Counted from the first letter of the stretch, positions 33,871 through 44,568 are shown. The stretch is DNA of 64,000 nucleotides from a virus (IMGVR_UViG_3300021387_000175:32001-96000); one strand, 5' to 3'. Numbers and translations are program-made. Notes: generated by a model from the sequence alone, not told the origin.

Positions 33871-35916
33871 TTAATCCCAACTATTTGGTCTTTTAGCGGG
33901 ACGAATAATTAATTTATCTAATAAAGATTGATTATTGGTCGTAGTACGTTTTTGTGTTAAATGCTTGCGTCTCTCTTGTTGTAAAGCATAAGCAAGCATG
34001 ATAAGGGTGTAGAAGCGGTCGTCATGAAGTTTTCCCGCTTTTTCTGGTGCAAGATCGAATGAATCTCTACCAGATTCCCTTTTCTTACGTACTATGTTAA
34101 CCGTTTCTTCTTTCATAGCGTCAATGTTGGCTAAAGCCAATTCTTCTTGCCAATCCAGTTTAATTGTCTTAGTATTTACAGATTGTACTTTTGATAAAGC
34201 TTCATTATATTGCTCTTCATAGTCTTCTTTACTTAGCTTTTTCTTCTTAAGTTGTTTAGCAATATCCGCTTTCGCATTTTTAAGCTTTTCCTCATCTATA
34301 TCAAAGACAGTCAAATATCCCTTATTATCATAAGGAGCGGTAAAGGATATTTTATTCTGATTTACTAACTCAATAAGGGCCTCTGCCATTTCAGATTTAT
34401 ACGCTGTCGGTGACATAAGATGAAGCTTATCAACAGCATTCGGAAAGCGCTTTACATATTCCGCTGAATATTCCTTATCAATTAATCCTCTATGCTTTTT
34501 ACCAGACTTATCTTCCCAGTCTTCCATTAAGAAGTCGGCAATGTTTACACCACCACCGCCAGAACCTGCATCAATATAGATGCCAATAATATTTCCATAA
34601 GCATCTACACCTGCGTTATATCCAAGTATCAATTCCTTTAAATATTTAATCTGATCAGGAGTTTGCATGGGTGATTTAATCTTTTTTCCTATATCCATAA
34701 GATTAAGACAATTACATACCCTCATCTTAATATCATCATCACCATTTATATCCTTTTCATGGTATATTTCTCCCACACTAACTACACTGTTATCTCTGGT
34801 ACGAGCAGGATCATATGCTATTACAAATTTCCTCTCACCAGTATCATTATCTAATAATGGTTTACGAGTTTCTTCGTTACGAGTAATTACGCCTCTACGA
34901 ATAATTGCATCTGCACCTACATCTGTTGTGAAAATACAATAATACTCCCTTCTTGCTTTCTCTGGATTTCTGCGCATTTCAGATTCAACCGTAGAACGAG
35001 AAAGAAGAGGAGTGATTAATTCTCCACGAAGAGTGGGCCTAAATGCTTGTTCACAATCTATATGTAAAACTGCAAAATCAGGATTTCCCATGATCTGCTG
35101 TTTAGAAAAATCTCTATATAACTTATAAAATTCAGTATCAGTACTAGAAGCAGAAGATATATAGAATTTCTGATATGGAAGATTAGTAGCGAATGTTCTT
35201 TGTCTGATTGGATCAATAGATTTACCAGAAGAATCTTTACCTGTTTTTAAGCTTTTATTGGTTGCTGCAAATGCTCCATAAACTGCGATCATCTCACTGG
35301 ATAAAAAACCGCACTCATCAAATATAACCGTACCACGCTTACCTCTTTTGGCGTCTATGTTACTATTTAATGTAACCGTTTGTGAGCCATTATATAGATT
35401 ATATGAAAAACCATTTGATGAATGGCTAAAGCCGTCACCTGCAGCATTCTTAATCTCAATTTCATGCTTAAAAATATAGCCTGATGAACCACTAAAGGTA
35501 TCTATATTATCATTAGCTAATTTTTCCAATGTCATAAATGTTTCTTCGGCCTGTCCACCAGAACCACTGGCTATATACGTCCAAACATTATTAAAAGCCA
35601 TATCCTTTGCCATAGTCTCTAAATCTATTACGGTAGATTTACCATAGCTTCGGGTACATACATAAAGTACATTCGGGCAAAACCAAGAACGCTGCACCAT
35701 CAATACTTGCCCATCCAATAACTCAATATTAAAAAACAAATCTATCATTGGAACAGGATTGCATTGAAAATACTTTTGCATTTTTGCTATCTCTAAAAGC
35801 CCATCAATTTTTCTTTGCGAGAGGGGATAGTTAATTGGCTTCACAAAAATGCCGTAATCTTTATAAAAATCTTTATCATAATCATCAGGAACCCATATAT
35901 TATTCTGAGTTAGCAT
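33871..35916 (-). CDS. terL: Terminase large subunit
   Basis: Walker A TRSYGKST, Walker B VIFDE, coupling motif ISSA, nuclease motifs AYDPA and HDDRF. Confidence 0.92.
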   Translation of the reverse strand: MLTQNNIWVPDDYDKDFYKDYGIFVKPINYPLSQRKIDGLLEIAKMQKYFQCNPVPMIDLFFNIELLDGQVLMVQRSWFCPNVLYVCTRSYGKSTVIDLETMAKDMAFNNVWTYIASGSGGQAEETFMTLEKLANDNIDTFSGSSGYIFKHEIEIKNAAGDGFSHSSNGFSYNLYNGSQTVTLNSNIDAKRGKRGTVIFDECGFLSSEMIAVYGAFAATNKSLKTGKDSSGKSIDPIRQRTFATNLPYQKFYISSASSTDTEFYKLYRDFSKQQIMGNPDFAVLHIDCEQAFRPTLRGELITPLLSRSTVESEMRRNPEKARREYYCIFTTDVGADAIIRRGVITRNEETRKPLLDNDTGERKFVIAYDPARTRDNSVVSVGEIYHEKDINGDDDIKMRVCNCLNLMDIGKKIKSPMQTPDQIKYLKELILGYNAGVDAYGNIIGIYIDAGSGGGGVNIADFLMEDWEDKSGKKHRGLIDKEYSAEYVKRFPNAVDKLHLMSPTAYKSEMAEALIELVNQNKISFTAPYDNKGYLTVFDIDEEKLKNAKADIAKQLKKKKLSKEDYEEQYNEALSKVQSVNTKTIKLDWQEELALANIDAMKEETVNIVRKKRESGRDSFDLAPEKAGKLHDDRFYTLIMLAYALQQERRKHLTQKRTTTNNQSLLDKLIIRPAKRPNSWD

Positions 35917-37219
35917 TATCTGACACCTCCTCAGAATTTTCTTCAGTTTCTTCTTCTAACGAAGAGAATGGAGCATATAGTTCCTTTAGATCTTTTAAAT
36001 GTATTTGTATATCAATATTTTTTTCTTCAAGATAATCTTTTAAGTCCAGATTTTCTTGAAGCAATATTCTGTTGATTTCTTTATACTGGGCAAGCTGCTT
36101 CCTTAAATCAACAATGACTTGTCTCATTTCTGCAACCATGTCTGACCATTCAGATTCATCTAATTGCAATTGTTTCATAATAGAAGCGTCACTGGCTTCC
36201 TGCACCTGTTGCATACCACGGCAGGTTTGAATATCAAAACCATTGACATTGGCTGCACGAAGATTCAGATCCCGGATCTGTTTAATCTTTCCCGTCCAAG
36301 TTCCTGCACCTTTAGTACGTCCTTTGTTATTCTTAAGGCTGATACAGCTTTCTGCTGCCAGATCCTTGATCATTCCAGTAATTTTTCCCTTACTTTCCTG
36401 TAGACTCTTTATAGTAGCAGAGTTATTTTGAACCTGTGTTATATCAGCCATTAGCTTAGATATCGCATCATCGATCTTACTTACCTGTAAGAAATTACGC
36501 ACAATATCAATACAACTTGAAGTACGAAGCATATCATCACTGTTATCTTCACCAGTGTCTAACAATCCTAATAACTGTGAGTACAAGAAAGGCTGATCAG
36601 AAATTGCTTCTTTTTCAAAAGGATCGTAGGAGAGCAGTCTTTTTACATCTGCTTTATTTTTTAAGAAATCAGCATATGTATCCTGATCCTCTCTGCCCCG
36701 CATGACATCTTCGGCTGTTTTTTCATCTTCGTATAGTTGCTTTACTTTAAACATATCCGAATCCTGAAAAGTCATTCCATAATAATTTACCATTGCTATA
36801 TTTTTTACATACGCAGCCCATGGATTACTTTTCTGATTCGTAATAGTATCATTACTGGCTTCAGCAATACTGGAATCCCACACATTATCCAACATAGGCT
36901 TATTTAACGCCATACATGCTTTAGTAACGCTATCCTTAGTAGGTTCATGCTCAAAACCCTGATCATCAACTCTTAAGGCAATCTTACGAGCGCACTCTCT
37001 GCATATAGGAGTTAATCCACTCTTAGATAACGGATCTGTAGACATATAAAAATAGTCTCTGCGTTTTTTCTTATTACACATATAACACCAGACTTTATCT
37101 TTTTCGTCTTCCAATTCTGCCTCTGCTTCCAATAATCTTTCCTTTGCCTCTGCAGCGGTCATTTTCTTTACTTTTAACTCCAGATCAGTAGAGGCATTTT
37201 TGGATTTTCTGGTAGCCAA
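35900..37219 (-). CDS. Zn-finger protein, putative terminase small subunit
   Basis: CYMC...CREC; overlaps the terL start. Confidence 0.6.
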   Translation of the reverse strand: MATRKSKNASTDLELKVKKMTAAEAKERLLEAEAELEDEKDKVWCYMCNKKKRRDYFYMSTDPLSKSGLTPICRECARKIALRVDDQGFEHEPTKDSVTKACMALNKPMLDNVWDSSIAEASNDTITNQKSNPWAAYVKNIAMVNYYGMTFQDSDMFKVKQLYEDEKTAEDVMRGREDQDTYADFLKNKADVKRLLSYDPFEKEAISDQPFLYSQLLGLLDTGEDNSDDMLRTSSCIDIVRNFLQVSKIDDAISKLMADITQVQNNSATIKSLQESKGKITGMIKDLAAESCISLKNNKGRTKGAGTWTGKIKQIRDLNLRAANVNGFDIQTCRGMQQVQEASDASIMKQLQLDESEWSDMVAEMRQVIVDLRKQLAQYKEINRILLQENLDLKDYLEEKNIDIQIHLKDLKELYAPFSSLEEETEENSEEVSDNANSE

Positions 37220-37255
37220 ATGACCACCTCCTTTATTCCTGTATTTTCATATAAA

Positions 37256-37329
37256 CTGCTCCAGTAGGATTTGAACCTACGACTTCCTGATTAACAGTCA
37301 GGCGTTCTGCCGAACTGAACTATAGAGCA
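37256..37329 (-). tRNA. tRNA-Asn (GTT), no encoded CCA
   Basis: Full cloverleaf: UGCUCUA/UGGAGCA acceptor, CCUGA-CUGUUAA-UCAGG, T-loop UUCAAAU, discriminator G. Confidence 0.93.
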
Positions 37330-37433
37330 ATAAAAAAAGAGGCCAGTTGCCTGACCTCTAACAATCATTATTCAAAAAACGACCATTTCAAGTAATATAT
37401 AAATTTATTTATATATGGTTTCAAATGGTCGTT

Positions 37434-38624
37434 TTATCCCAGTACAACGGGATAAATCGCTTCAATTCCTTTTTGATTACAAACTAATACAGTTTGTGAC
37501 GGATCTGACGTCAGGCGATTCTTAACACAAAATTCATCACAAGAACCGTTAAGACTACCACACTGTATTACTTTTATACCAGATACTTCATTCATTGCAA
37601 TATGATGCTTGTGTCCCATAATAATCGCATATGGAAACCTTCCTATATAAGCACATAATTTTTGAACAGAAGATTCAGATATACCATCAAAATCTCCGTG
37701 TACATTAATATATTCTTTTCCATCAATAATAAATGACGAATAAGTATCTGTCATCTTTTCAAAGCCAACATATACTCCTTTATCATGAGAATGTATTTTA
37801 CTAATAAACCAAGGAATTATGTTATCTAATTTTTCTCCTAATAAAGAATCATCTTTATTTTTTTCTAATCTACTATGATTACCGGGAACGCTATATACTT
37901 CAACAAGATTAAATACCTGTCTCAATTCATATATAAAATCACTAATTAATTCACAAGCCAATATAACTTGATCGACTGTATTTTCTCTATTTGATATTTG
38001 AACCGATACATGAATATTTCCTGAAATAAGATCCCCCAACAAATTTACAATACACCTTGAAGGATTATGTCTGACTGCAATTGTGCTAATTTCAAGAATA
38101 TAATTAGACAAACGATGTTTAACTTCTTCTATATCTAAAACGCCTATATGTAAATCTGATAAATTTATAATTATTGTATTATTTTTTAATACAAAACCAT
38201 CATCATCCAAAAATGGATAACGCTCTTTTCCAATATCTTGAATTCTTGTTTCTAATAATTGAAAATTTTCTTCGTATCTTGCTTCTTCACGTAACAGTCT
38301 ATTTAATTCAGTACGCTCATCCTGTAATTTCCTTTTTGCCTTATAAATATCCTGTTCTTTTTCAACCAAAGACTTTAAGGTATCATCGGACATACCAGAT
38401 TTCATCTTATCGATATAATACTCTCTAACAAAATTACTGCCTAAAATATTACGACTCATTGACTCAGATAAACGTCTGTAATTATATGGAAGATCGTATT
38501 TTGCAATAATATCATCCCAATCATAATCATTAAATCCATTTATTTTATCAGAACAATCCTGTAAAAACTGTTCATATCTTTCCCTATTTAACCCCACAAG
38601 AGATAATTCGTTTTCAATATTCAA
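37434..38624 (-). CDS. Calcineurin-like metallophosphoesterase with N-terminal helical domain
   Basis: Motifs SDLHIG, LGDLISG, PGNHS, HGD, MGHKH. Confidence 0.85.
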   Translation of the reverse strand: MNIENELSLVGLNRERYEQFLQDCSDKINGFNDYDWDDIIAKYDLPYNYRRLSESMSRNILGSNFVREYYIDKMKSGMSDDTLKSLVEKEQDIYKAKRKLQDERTELNRLLREEARYEENFQLLETRIQDIGKERYPFLDDDGFVLKNNTIIINLSDLHIGVLDIEEVKHRLSNYILEISTIAVRHNPSRCIVNLLGDLISGNIHVSVQISNRENTVDQVILACELISDFIYELRQVFNLVEVYSVPGNHSRLEKNKDDSLLGEKLDNIIPWFISKIHSHDKGVYVGFEKMTDTYSSFIIDGKEYINVHGDFDGISESSVQKLCAYIGRFPYAIIMGHKHHIAMNEVSGIKVIQCGSLNGSCDEFCVKNRLTSDPSQTVLVCNQKGIEAIYPVVLG

Positions 38625-38664
38625 AACAAATTCCTCCTTGTTTTATATAATAGAAGAGGAGTTG

Positions 38665-38868
38665 TTACTCCTCTTCCTCATCATCAACTTCAAGAATCTC
38701 TTCTGTTTTAGCAGAACAAGAGATTGTAAAAGGCTCATCTTCAAAGATATCCTTAAAAGCCTTCATAAGATTTACGGTTTCACCAGACTCAAACTCTACG
38801 AGTTTTCCTCCTTTCAGCATAACATCTTTTACTTTAAAATCCTTTTTAATGGTTTTCTTACCTTCCAT
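38665..38868 (-). CDS. Small protein, YonK-like
   Basis: 67 aa with acidic tail; same position as SPbeta yonK, before the phosphoesterase. Confidence 0.55.
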   Translation of the reverse strand: MEGKKTIKKDFKVKDVMLKGGKLVEFESGETVNLMKAFKDIFEDEPFTISCSAKTEEILEVDDEEEE

Positions 38869-38889
38869 ATCCGTTACTCCTTTTTGTCT

Positions 38890-39519
38890 TTATAGTATAT
38901 CTTTTAACTGGCAATCTTTACCAATTATTTTATGAACAACCCCATTATCAATACCTTCATGATCAGCATAAAAATAGTATTCCTGTTCATACCGTCTATC
39001 ATATTCTTCTTCTGAAATATTAGTATGAGACAGAACATGCTCTTTTAATCTTTTATTCATCTCATCAAAGAATGCCATAATATCTTTGGCTTTACTTGTA
39101 GAGTTTGAGATCTCAATATCCCCTTCATGCTGACAGAAAATGGTATTAGCAAACGCATACCTCGTAGGACAGCTTAAGTATATATGATAAGCCATTGATC
39201 CAACCATACTGAACCCTACTCCAATAACAGGCGTTTGAGAGGTAGTAATTACATCAATTAACATCATTCCTGCAAAACAATCCCCACCTGGACTATTAAG
39301 ATACAGCTTAATCGGTTTTCGATTTTCAATAGGAATATTCATTGCTTCATCTCTTGCATTCCAAGCCAAAATTTGAAGAATATAATCATCTAATAATCCA
39401 TCATCTACTCCACCGTTAAAAACTAAAACCCTTCTATTAGCCAGATCCTCTGCAAGAACAGTTTCTGGTGTATCAATGTCATAATTGTTTATTTCTGGTG
39501 AAAAAATAAAATTATCCAT
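38890..39519 (-). CDS. clpP: ClpP-like protease subunit
   Basis: IKLYLNSPGGD, SMA (catalytic Ser), QHEG (His). Confidence 0.85.
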   Translation of the reverse strand: MDNFIFSPEINNYDIDTPETVLAEDLANRRVLVFNGGVDDGLLDDYILQILAWNARDEAMNIPIENRKPIKLYLNSPGGDCFAGMMLIDVITTSQTPVIGVGFSMVGSMAYHIYLSCPTRYAFANTIFCQHEGDIEISNSTSKAKDIMAFFDEMNKRLKEHVLSHTNISEEEYDRRYEQEYYFYADHEGIDNGVVHKIIGKDCQLKDIL

Positions 39520-39557
39520 TAACTTCTCCTATATTATCCAGTGCCAAGCACTCATAT

Positions 39558-40772
39558 TTATTCATATAAATCAGCAAACATCTTACTGGTTTCACTGCGA
39601 ACATCCTCGCCCAAATATATACAACCAAATCTGGGATCACCCTTAAATGACTCACACATCTTAATCAGAGCATTATGCTCACTTGTATCCACCAGTGACT
39701 GCTTATAGTCACCTGCGAGATAAATCTTACTGTTCTCCCCAAGTCTAGTACCAATAAGACGTAACTGTTTCAGACTTAAATCTTCAGCTTCATCAACAAC
39801 AATGATCGTATCATTATATGTACGACCTTTTAGGAAATAAGGAATGTTTTCCTCCAAAACTCCTTGTTGGCGTAAGCTGTTTAATTCAAATTCTCCTCCA
39901 GGCAGCTGATCAGCAAGAGGAGCAAAGAAATATTCAGTTTTACTTTCGAATTCTCCAGGTAAGTAACCAATTTCCCGACCTTCTCCATGTGGCTCTCTTA
40001 ATCCCAGTAATCTGGACTGAGATCCTTTTTCTTTTACATGGTATAAACCCATACGCATGGATAAATACGTTTTACCACTACCGTACCCACCAAGAATAGC
40101 AGCTATAGTAATAGAAGGATTGAATAATATATCAAGCGCACATCTCTGTAAAGAGTTTTTCGCCTTAATATATTTAGAAGGGGGTAGACGTAAAGCTACA
40201 AATTTTTCACCATCATATCTCATTTCTTTAATAGTATTATCATCAGTATTTGTCATAATGAGATATTCGTTTGTATGCCAATTATTATAATCAATATCTG
40301 CCATATAAACATTTAAATCATTAACATCACCTGATATTTCTTTGTAGCCTTTATAGATATTTGTGATATTTTCTGTTGATTGGGATGGAATATGAAATAC
40401 TCTTTGTGCTGATAACTTACAACATATATCATCAGAAACAAATGTCATGGCTTCATGTTGCGAGTCATAATAGCTGATAATACTATAAGCACAAGCGCAT
40501 ATTTTATTATCAGGTGTAATTTCTAATCCCATATTAACCAATGTCTCTTCTTCTTTACTTGAATATACACAAATAAGAATTCTATAATCATCCTCATCAA
40601 TCATCTTAGCTACATGTCTGGCAGCAGCTTTTACGTCAGTATCTTTATTACGACTGGTCTTTATGGACTCTAATTCCTGTAATGTAACAGATGAAATCCA
40701 TAACTCTCCATCATAATCCAGTACTTTGTCCTGGAGTTTCAGTAAAGCATTAGTATCAAAAAAATAGTTCAA
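39558..40772 (-). CDS. phoH: PIN-PhoH protein
   Basis: N-terminal FFDTNALL/QELE PIN domain; GGYGSGKT, KGRT, VDEAED, TRLGENSK, GDYKQ. Confidence 0.9.
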   Translation of the reverse strand: MNYFFDTNALLKLQDKVLDYDGELWISSVTLQELESIKTSRNKDTDVKAAARHVAKMIDEDDYRILICVYSSKEEETLVNMGLEITPDNKICACAYSIISYYDSQHEAMTFVSDDICCKLSAQRVFHIPSQSTENITNIYKGYKEISGDVNDLNVYMADIDYNNWHTNEYLIMTNTDDNTIKEMRYDGEKFVALRLPPSKYIKAKNSLQRCALDILFNPSITIAAILGGYGSGKTYLSMRMGLYHVKEKGSQSRLLGLREPHGEGREIGYLPGEFESKTEYFFAPLADQLPGGEFELNSLRQQGVLEENIPYFLKGRTYNDTIIVVDEAEDLSLKQLRLIGTRLGENSKIYLAGDYKQSLVDTSEHNALIKMCESFKGDPRFGCIYLGEDVRSETSKMFADLYE

Positions 40773-40982
40773 TCAAGTTTCCTTCTTTCTTAAATCATCT
40801 CTAGTAACAGTAGCAATTAACTGTTTTTGCCTAAAATCATTCAGTGCCTTTAGTCCTCGATGATCCTCTGTCAGGTAATATCTTTTTGCCCGACCTTTAT
40901 GAGTAATACTTGAAATATGGATTAAATAACCAAACTTCTTACTCCGCAAATAATTTGCCTCATTCTGTGTAATTTGAATCAC
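40773..40982 (-). CDS. Small basic hypothetical protein
   Basis: 69 aa, GTG start with SD. Confidence 0.65.
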   Translation of the reverse strand: MIQITQNEANYLRSKKFGYLIHISSITHKGRAKRYYLTEDHRGLKALNDFRQKQLIATVTRDDLRKKET

Positions 40983-41030
40983 TATTTTATTCCTTCTTTT
41001 TCATAATATTTCTTCCTATAAGGAAGATAG

Positions 41031-41104
41031 TTGGAGTAACAGGATTTGAACCTGCGATTTCCAGATCCCAAATCTGGCGCTTTACCAAACTAAGCCATAC
41101 CCCA
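41031..41104 (-). tRNA. tRNA-Pro (TGG), no encoded CCA
   Basis: Cloverleaf UGGGGUA/UACUCCA, CCAGA-UUUGGGA-UCUGG, T-loop UUCAAAU. Confidence 0.93.
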
Positions 41105-41158
41105 ATAATAAAAATGGGAGAGGAGAGTATCCTCTCCCCCAGAATCAACGTTTACAAC

Positions 41159-41431
41159 TTAAGCAATAGCTTCCTTAAATGCCTTACCGAACTTCACCTT
41201 CGGTACATTCTTGGCGGGAACTTCTACAGCTTCACCAGTACGAGGATTTCTTGCCACCCGTGCTTCCGTATGCTTACGAGCAAACGTAATGCCATTAAAC
41301 ATCTTTACTTCCTCATCGGCCTTTACAGCTTCGGTCAGAACTTCCTCTGCCATCTCAAACACAGTCTTAGTATCCTTAATAGTCATTCCAGTCTTAGCAG
41401 CTACTGCTTTGTAAAAATCATTCTTTACCAT
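41159..41431 (-). CDS. hup: HU/IHF-family DNA-binding protein
   Basis: ARVARNPRTGEAVEVPAKNVPKVKFGKAFK; terminator hairpin at about 41115-41140. Confidence 0.93.
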   Translation of the reverse strand: MVKNDFYKAVAAKTGMTIKDTKTVFEMAEEVLTEAVKADEEVKMFNGITFARKHTEARVARNPRTGEAVEVPAKNVPKVKFGKAFKEAIA

Positions 41432-41618
41432 AATAATTACTCCTTTTTTTCTAAATATTCAGGATTGTATTCTGTCCCCAACCCTTTAGGGATAAATGAA
41501 GCGATAATGTGTAAATTACACGTATTTTGAAGGAAAGGTCCCTTCATATAAGAACAATTCTCCAGGTGAGAAGAATGGTATTTTTATTGAGGTTTAGAGA
41601 GGTGAAAAAAGTTAGCTC

Positions 41619-44180
41619 CTACACTTTTTTAAAACAATTTAAGAATAAATCTTTATTTAACATGAATAAAATTTTTAATAATACTGAACAATCATTGTTG
41701 GTATTCGATTTCATTGTTGTATTTTTCACAGGTGGTGTAATATGAAATGCTCTATCTATTAACCACGACATAAGACTCAAATAATTCTTTGAAATATAGA
41801 CGCTTTTAATTTCATCCATTATTTGATTAAAATGTTCTTCTGCCAAATGATAATTGATTAAATCTAATTCGTCGTAATCTTTATTAGATAATAACTTTTT
41901 GAGAGAATATTTTTCTATTATTTTTTCCACCTTCATAGATTGTCTATATTTTTTCTTTGGCAAATAATGCTTTACATAAAACGCACTAATAGATAGCGTA
42001 CTTGTCTCTGGATTATAAGATGGAATTCTTATTTTATATATAAAATTCATGGGACACTTTAACTTCTTATTAATTAAACTTTTATTAAAACCAGGTCTTA
42101 TAACTGTCCAAAAACTAGGATATCCCCTGTCTTTAACTTTAAGTATTGTTTTCAAACGCTTAATTTCATTTGTTATATCTATGTCGTATTTACGCTTACT
42201 ATTATCTATTGCGCATTGAGCAAGAACAGATAATATGCAAACACTGTCATAACAAACTTTGTCGTTATAGTTATATGTATAGGATAAAGCAATCTGGGCC
42301 AGATTACTGGACTCCCCAATTGCTCTTTGTGACGCTGCGAGATTATTATCAATCCTCGCAAAATCTTCAGACGTATTATTGTAGTGATTAGCTTCTTTAG
42401 GAATATTATTTACAATTGTTGGATACTGTTTATAGAATTTCTTGGCAGCAGCCACAATTGCAGGTTGATTGGTAACGTATAAACTGTCACTGTCCTGATC
42501 GCTGCCATTGTTGCGATCCTGCGCATCCGTACCAATCATATTTATTGCTATGATCTGCTTACCAAAGGTGAAATACTTATTCAATCTCTCATCATAATGG
42601 TTATGCAGATGATCCATATTGTTCCTACTATTAAAAGGACTTCGGAATCCTGCTAAGTACTCCCCATCCTTAAACCTTCCTGTGTAACACTGTATAGCCT
42701 CGTCTTCAGGCAGGAGAGTAGTATCCTTATATACATCATCACCTACGGCAGCAAGTAACATAGCATAAGGTGATCCTACAATTACAAGATTATCTCCATC
42801 CTGAATTAGCTTTCCTGTTTTTACATTAGTTACATAAGTATTGATGATTTTTTTCTTTCTCTGTCTAAAGTAATCACATCTCACAAACTCAGGATTATGT
42901 TCCACCAGTGCTACCAGTACCTCAAAGTCATTGGAGTAATTCTCATTCTTTACCAGATACTCCAGAAAAGCGTGATCATCCTTCTTCAGTTTCATTACAT
43001 AATCAATAGTGGTCTGACACACATCCTCCATGGTCTCCATATCCAGTGCATTGATCATTTGATAACTCATGCGCTGTACCGATCCTAATTTACTCTCGTG
43101 TGCCGTTTTAACTATCCCGAAGTATGATCCGTTTTTTCTAACCCATTCTGACCAGTATTCGAATGAGACCTTAAATTTTAACCACTTCAGGGCGTTGTCC
43201 GTTGTTATCAGCTTAATATCCTTAACTCTTACATCATTACCCCAGAGATCCTTTACAGTGGCTGTCTCGTACTGATCACCGAAATAATCCTGAAAGAAGA
43301 GTTGTATATTACTTCTGAATGCTGCCATTTTAGTGAAATGTTGTCTTAATAGTATATATCCATCAGCCCAGTCAGGAAAAATGCTCTCGTCAATTAAAGC
43401 CTGACCATCAAATAAAGTATTCTTTACTTTATAATTGTCTTTTTCAGCAGCTATACACTGTTTGTTTTCATCCAGTTCCACACTTATAACTTTAGTATTA
43501 AAGAAACAATCTATATCCTTTATAACCAAAATCTCACTGGGATCTATATGTATACGGTCAACAATAGTACTGGTTGATAACGAAGAATAAGCCCCTATTT
43601 CTACAATAGGGGCATTCGTATCTGGCAATTGTATCCCCATTCGTAAAAAGTTCATGGCTTTATCATAGAGTTCATCTCTGATAAACATACAAGATCCTTT
43701 TTTCGCCTTACCTGGGGTTCTATATGCCATTCTATAATGTATGATTTCTGTACTGATTATTTTTCCACGTTTATTATGTGTATTATATGTTATATTAAAT
43801 CCGTTTTTATAATATTCTTCCCTGATTGCATCTCTTGTACGCTTCTTAAATTTTTCCTGCCTTTCAGTTAAAACCTTCTTAAAGGATTCCAACTTAGAGA
43901 CATAATCTTCGTCACCCTTTTTCTTAGCTTCTTTAATTCTTTTCTCCATAGCACTCATTTCTTCCTTGTAAGTATGAGTACCATAATCAAACTGAACACA
44001 TATTACATCTCTTGTAGAGTCTTCCTTCCAAACATTTAATCCGTTTTCTTTCAAAAAATCCAAGAACAGACTATTCGTTAACATGGCTTCCGTAGTATCA
44101 TATTGATCACGTATACCTAAGTCATAACCATATATAGAACCTGCTTGGTAGTTGTTTATTTTATAACCATATTGGCCCGT
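41619..44180 (-). CDS. YonO-like single-subunit DNA-dependent RNA polymerase (RdRP-like double-psi barrel)
   Basis: FRSPFN and NNGSDQDSD catalytic-type motifs, TLFDGQALID; upstream of HU as in SPbeta. First ATG is 44084; the frame is open to 44186 and a probable ACG start lies at 44180. Confidence 0.85.
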   Translation of the reverse strand, partial: TGQYGYKINNYQAGSIYGYDLGIRDQYDTTEAMLTNSLFLDFLKENGLNVWKEDSTRDVICVQFDYGTHTYKEEMSAMEKRIKEAKKKGDEDYVSKLESFKKVLTERQEKFKKRTRDAIREEYYKNGFNITYNTHNKRGKIISTEIIHYRMAYRTPGKAKKGSCMFIRDELYDKAMNFLRMGIQLPDTNAPIVEIGAYSSLSTSTIVDRIHIDPSEILVIKDIDCFFNTKVISVELDENKQCIAAEKDNYKVKNTLFDGQALIDESIFPDWADGYILLRQHFTKMAAFRSNIQLFFQDYFGDQYETATVKDLWGNDVRVKDIKLITTDNALKWLKFKVSFEYWSEWVRKNGSYFGIVKTAHESKLGSVQRMSYQMINALDMETMEDVCQTTIDYVMKLKKDDHAFLEYLVKNENYSNDFEVLVALVEHNPEFVRCDYFRQRKKKIINTYVTNVKTGKLIQDGDNLVIVGSPYAMLLAAVGDDVYKDTTLLPEDEAIQCYTGRFKDGEYLAGFRSPFNSRNNMDHLHNHYDERLNKYFTFGKQIIAINMIGTDAQDRNNGSDQDSDSLYVTNQPAIVAAAKKFYKQYPTIVNNIPKEANHYNNTSEDFARIDNNLAASQRAIGESSNLAQIALSYTYNYNDKVCYDSVCILSVLAQCAIDNSKRKYDIDITNEIKRLKTILKVKDRGYPSFWTVIRPGFNKSLINKKLKCPMNFIYKIRIPSYNPETSTLSISAFYVKHYLPKKKYRQSMKVEKIIEKYSLKKLLSNKDYDELDLINYHLAEEHFNQIMDEIKSVYISKNYLSLMSWLIDRAFHITPPVKNTTMKSNTNNDCSVLLKILFMLNKDLFLNCFKKV

Positions 44181-44193
44181 AACGCATCACTCC

Positions 44194-44568
44194 TTAATCC
44201 CATAAATCTCTAAAATACTTAGCAAATAAATTAATACCTTCCTGTACCTGATCATTCCATTTCTGTGTTTCAGAAATAAAATTCAATCCATATTCCTTAC
44301 ACCAATTAGGATCAGGCGAACTATCATTAACAATCTGCTCAAAAGACCAGATCATCTTCTTTAATGTTTTGTGCCATATAACATTGGCTTCTTCCAACGG
44401 TATCATCTCACCATTGTCTTCAAACAATACAGGGCAACTAATAGTCTTTTCTTCGAATTTCTTCAGTCTTGGGAGGATAAATTTCGCTACCGTATAATCC
44501 AGATTATACCATTCACTATCCTTAAAGGTAGTATAAATACCTTTTTTCTTACGAATCCTTTTGTTCAT
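44194..44568 (-). CDS. Conserved phage hypothetical protein
   Basis: 'WYNLDYTVAKFILPRLKKF...LFAKYFRDLWD' pattern. Confidence 0.75.
   Translation of the reverse strand: MNKRIRKKKGIYTTFKDSEWYNLDYTVAKFILPRLKKFEEKTISCPVLFEDNGEMIPLEEANVIWHKTLKKMIWSFEQIVNDSSPDPNWCKEYGLNFISETQKWNDQVQEGINLFAKYFRDLWD

Noticed and set aside
41619-44084. Eukaryote-type RNA-dependent RNA polymerase or RNAi system
   Set aside because: Context and motifs fit the DNA-dependent YonO family.
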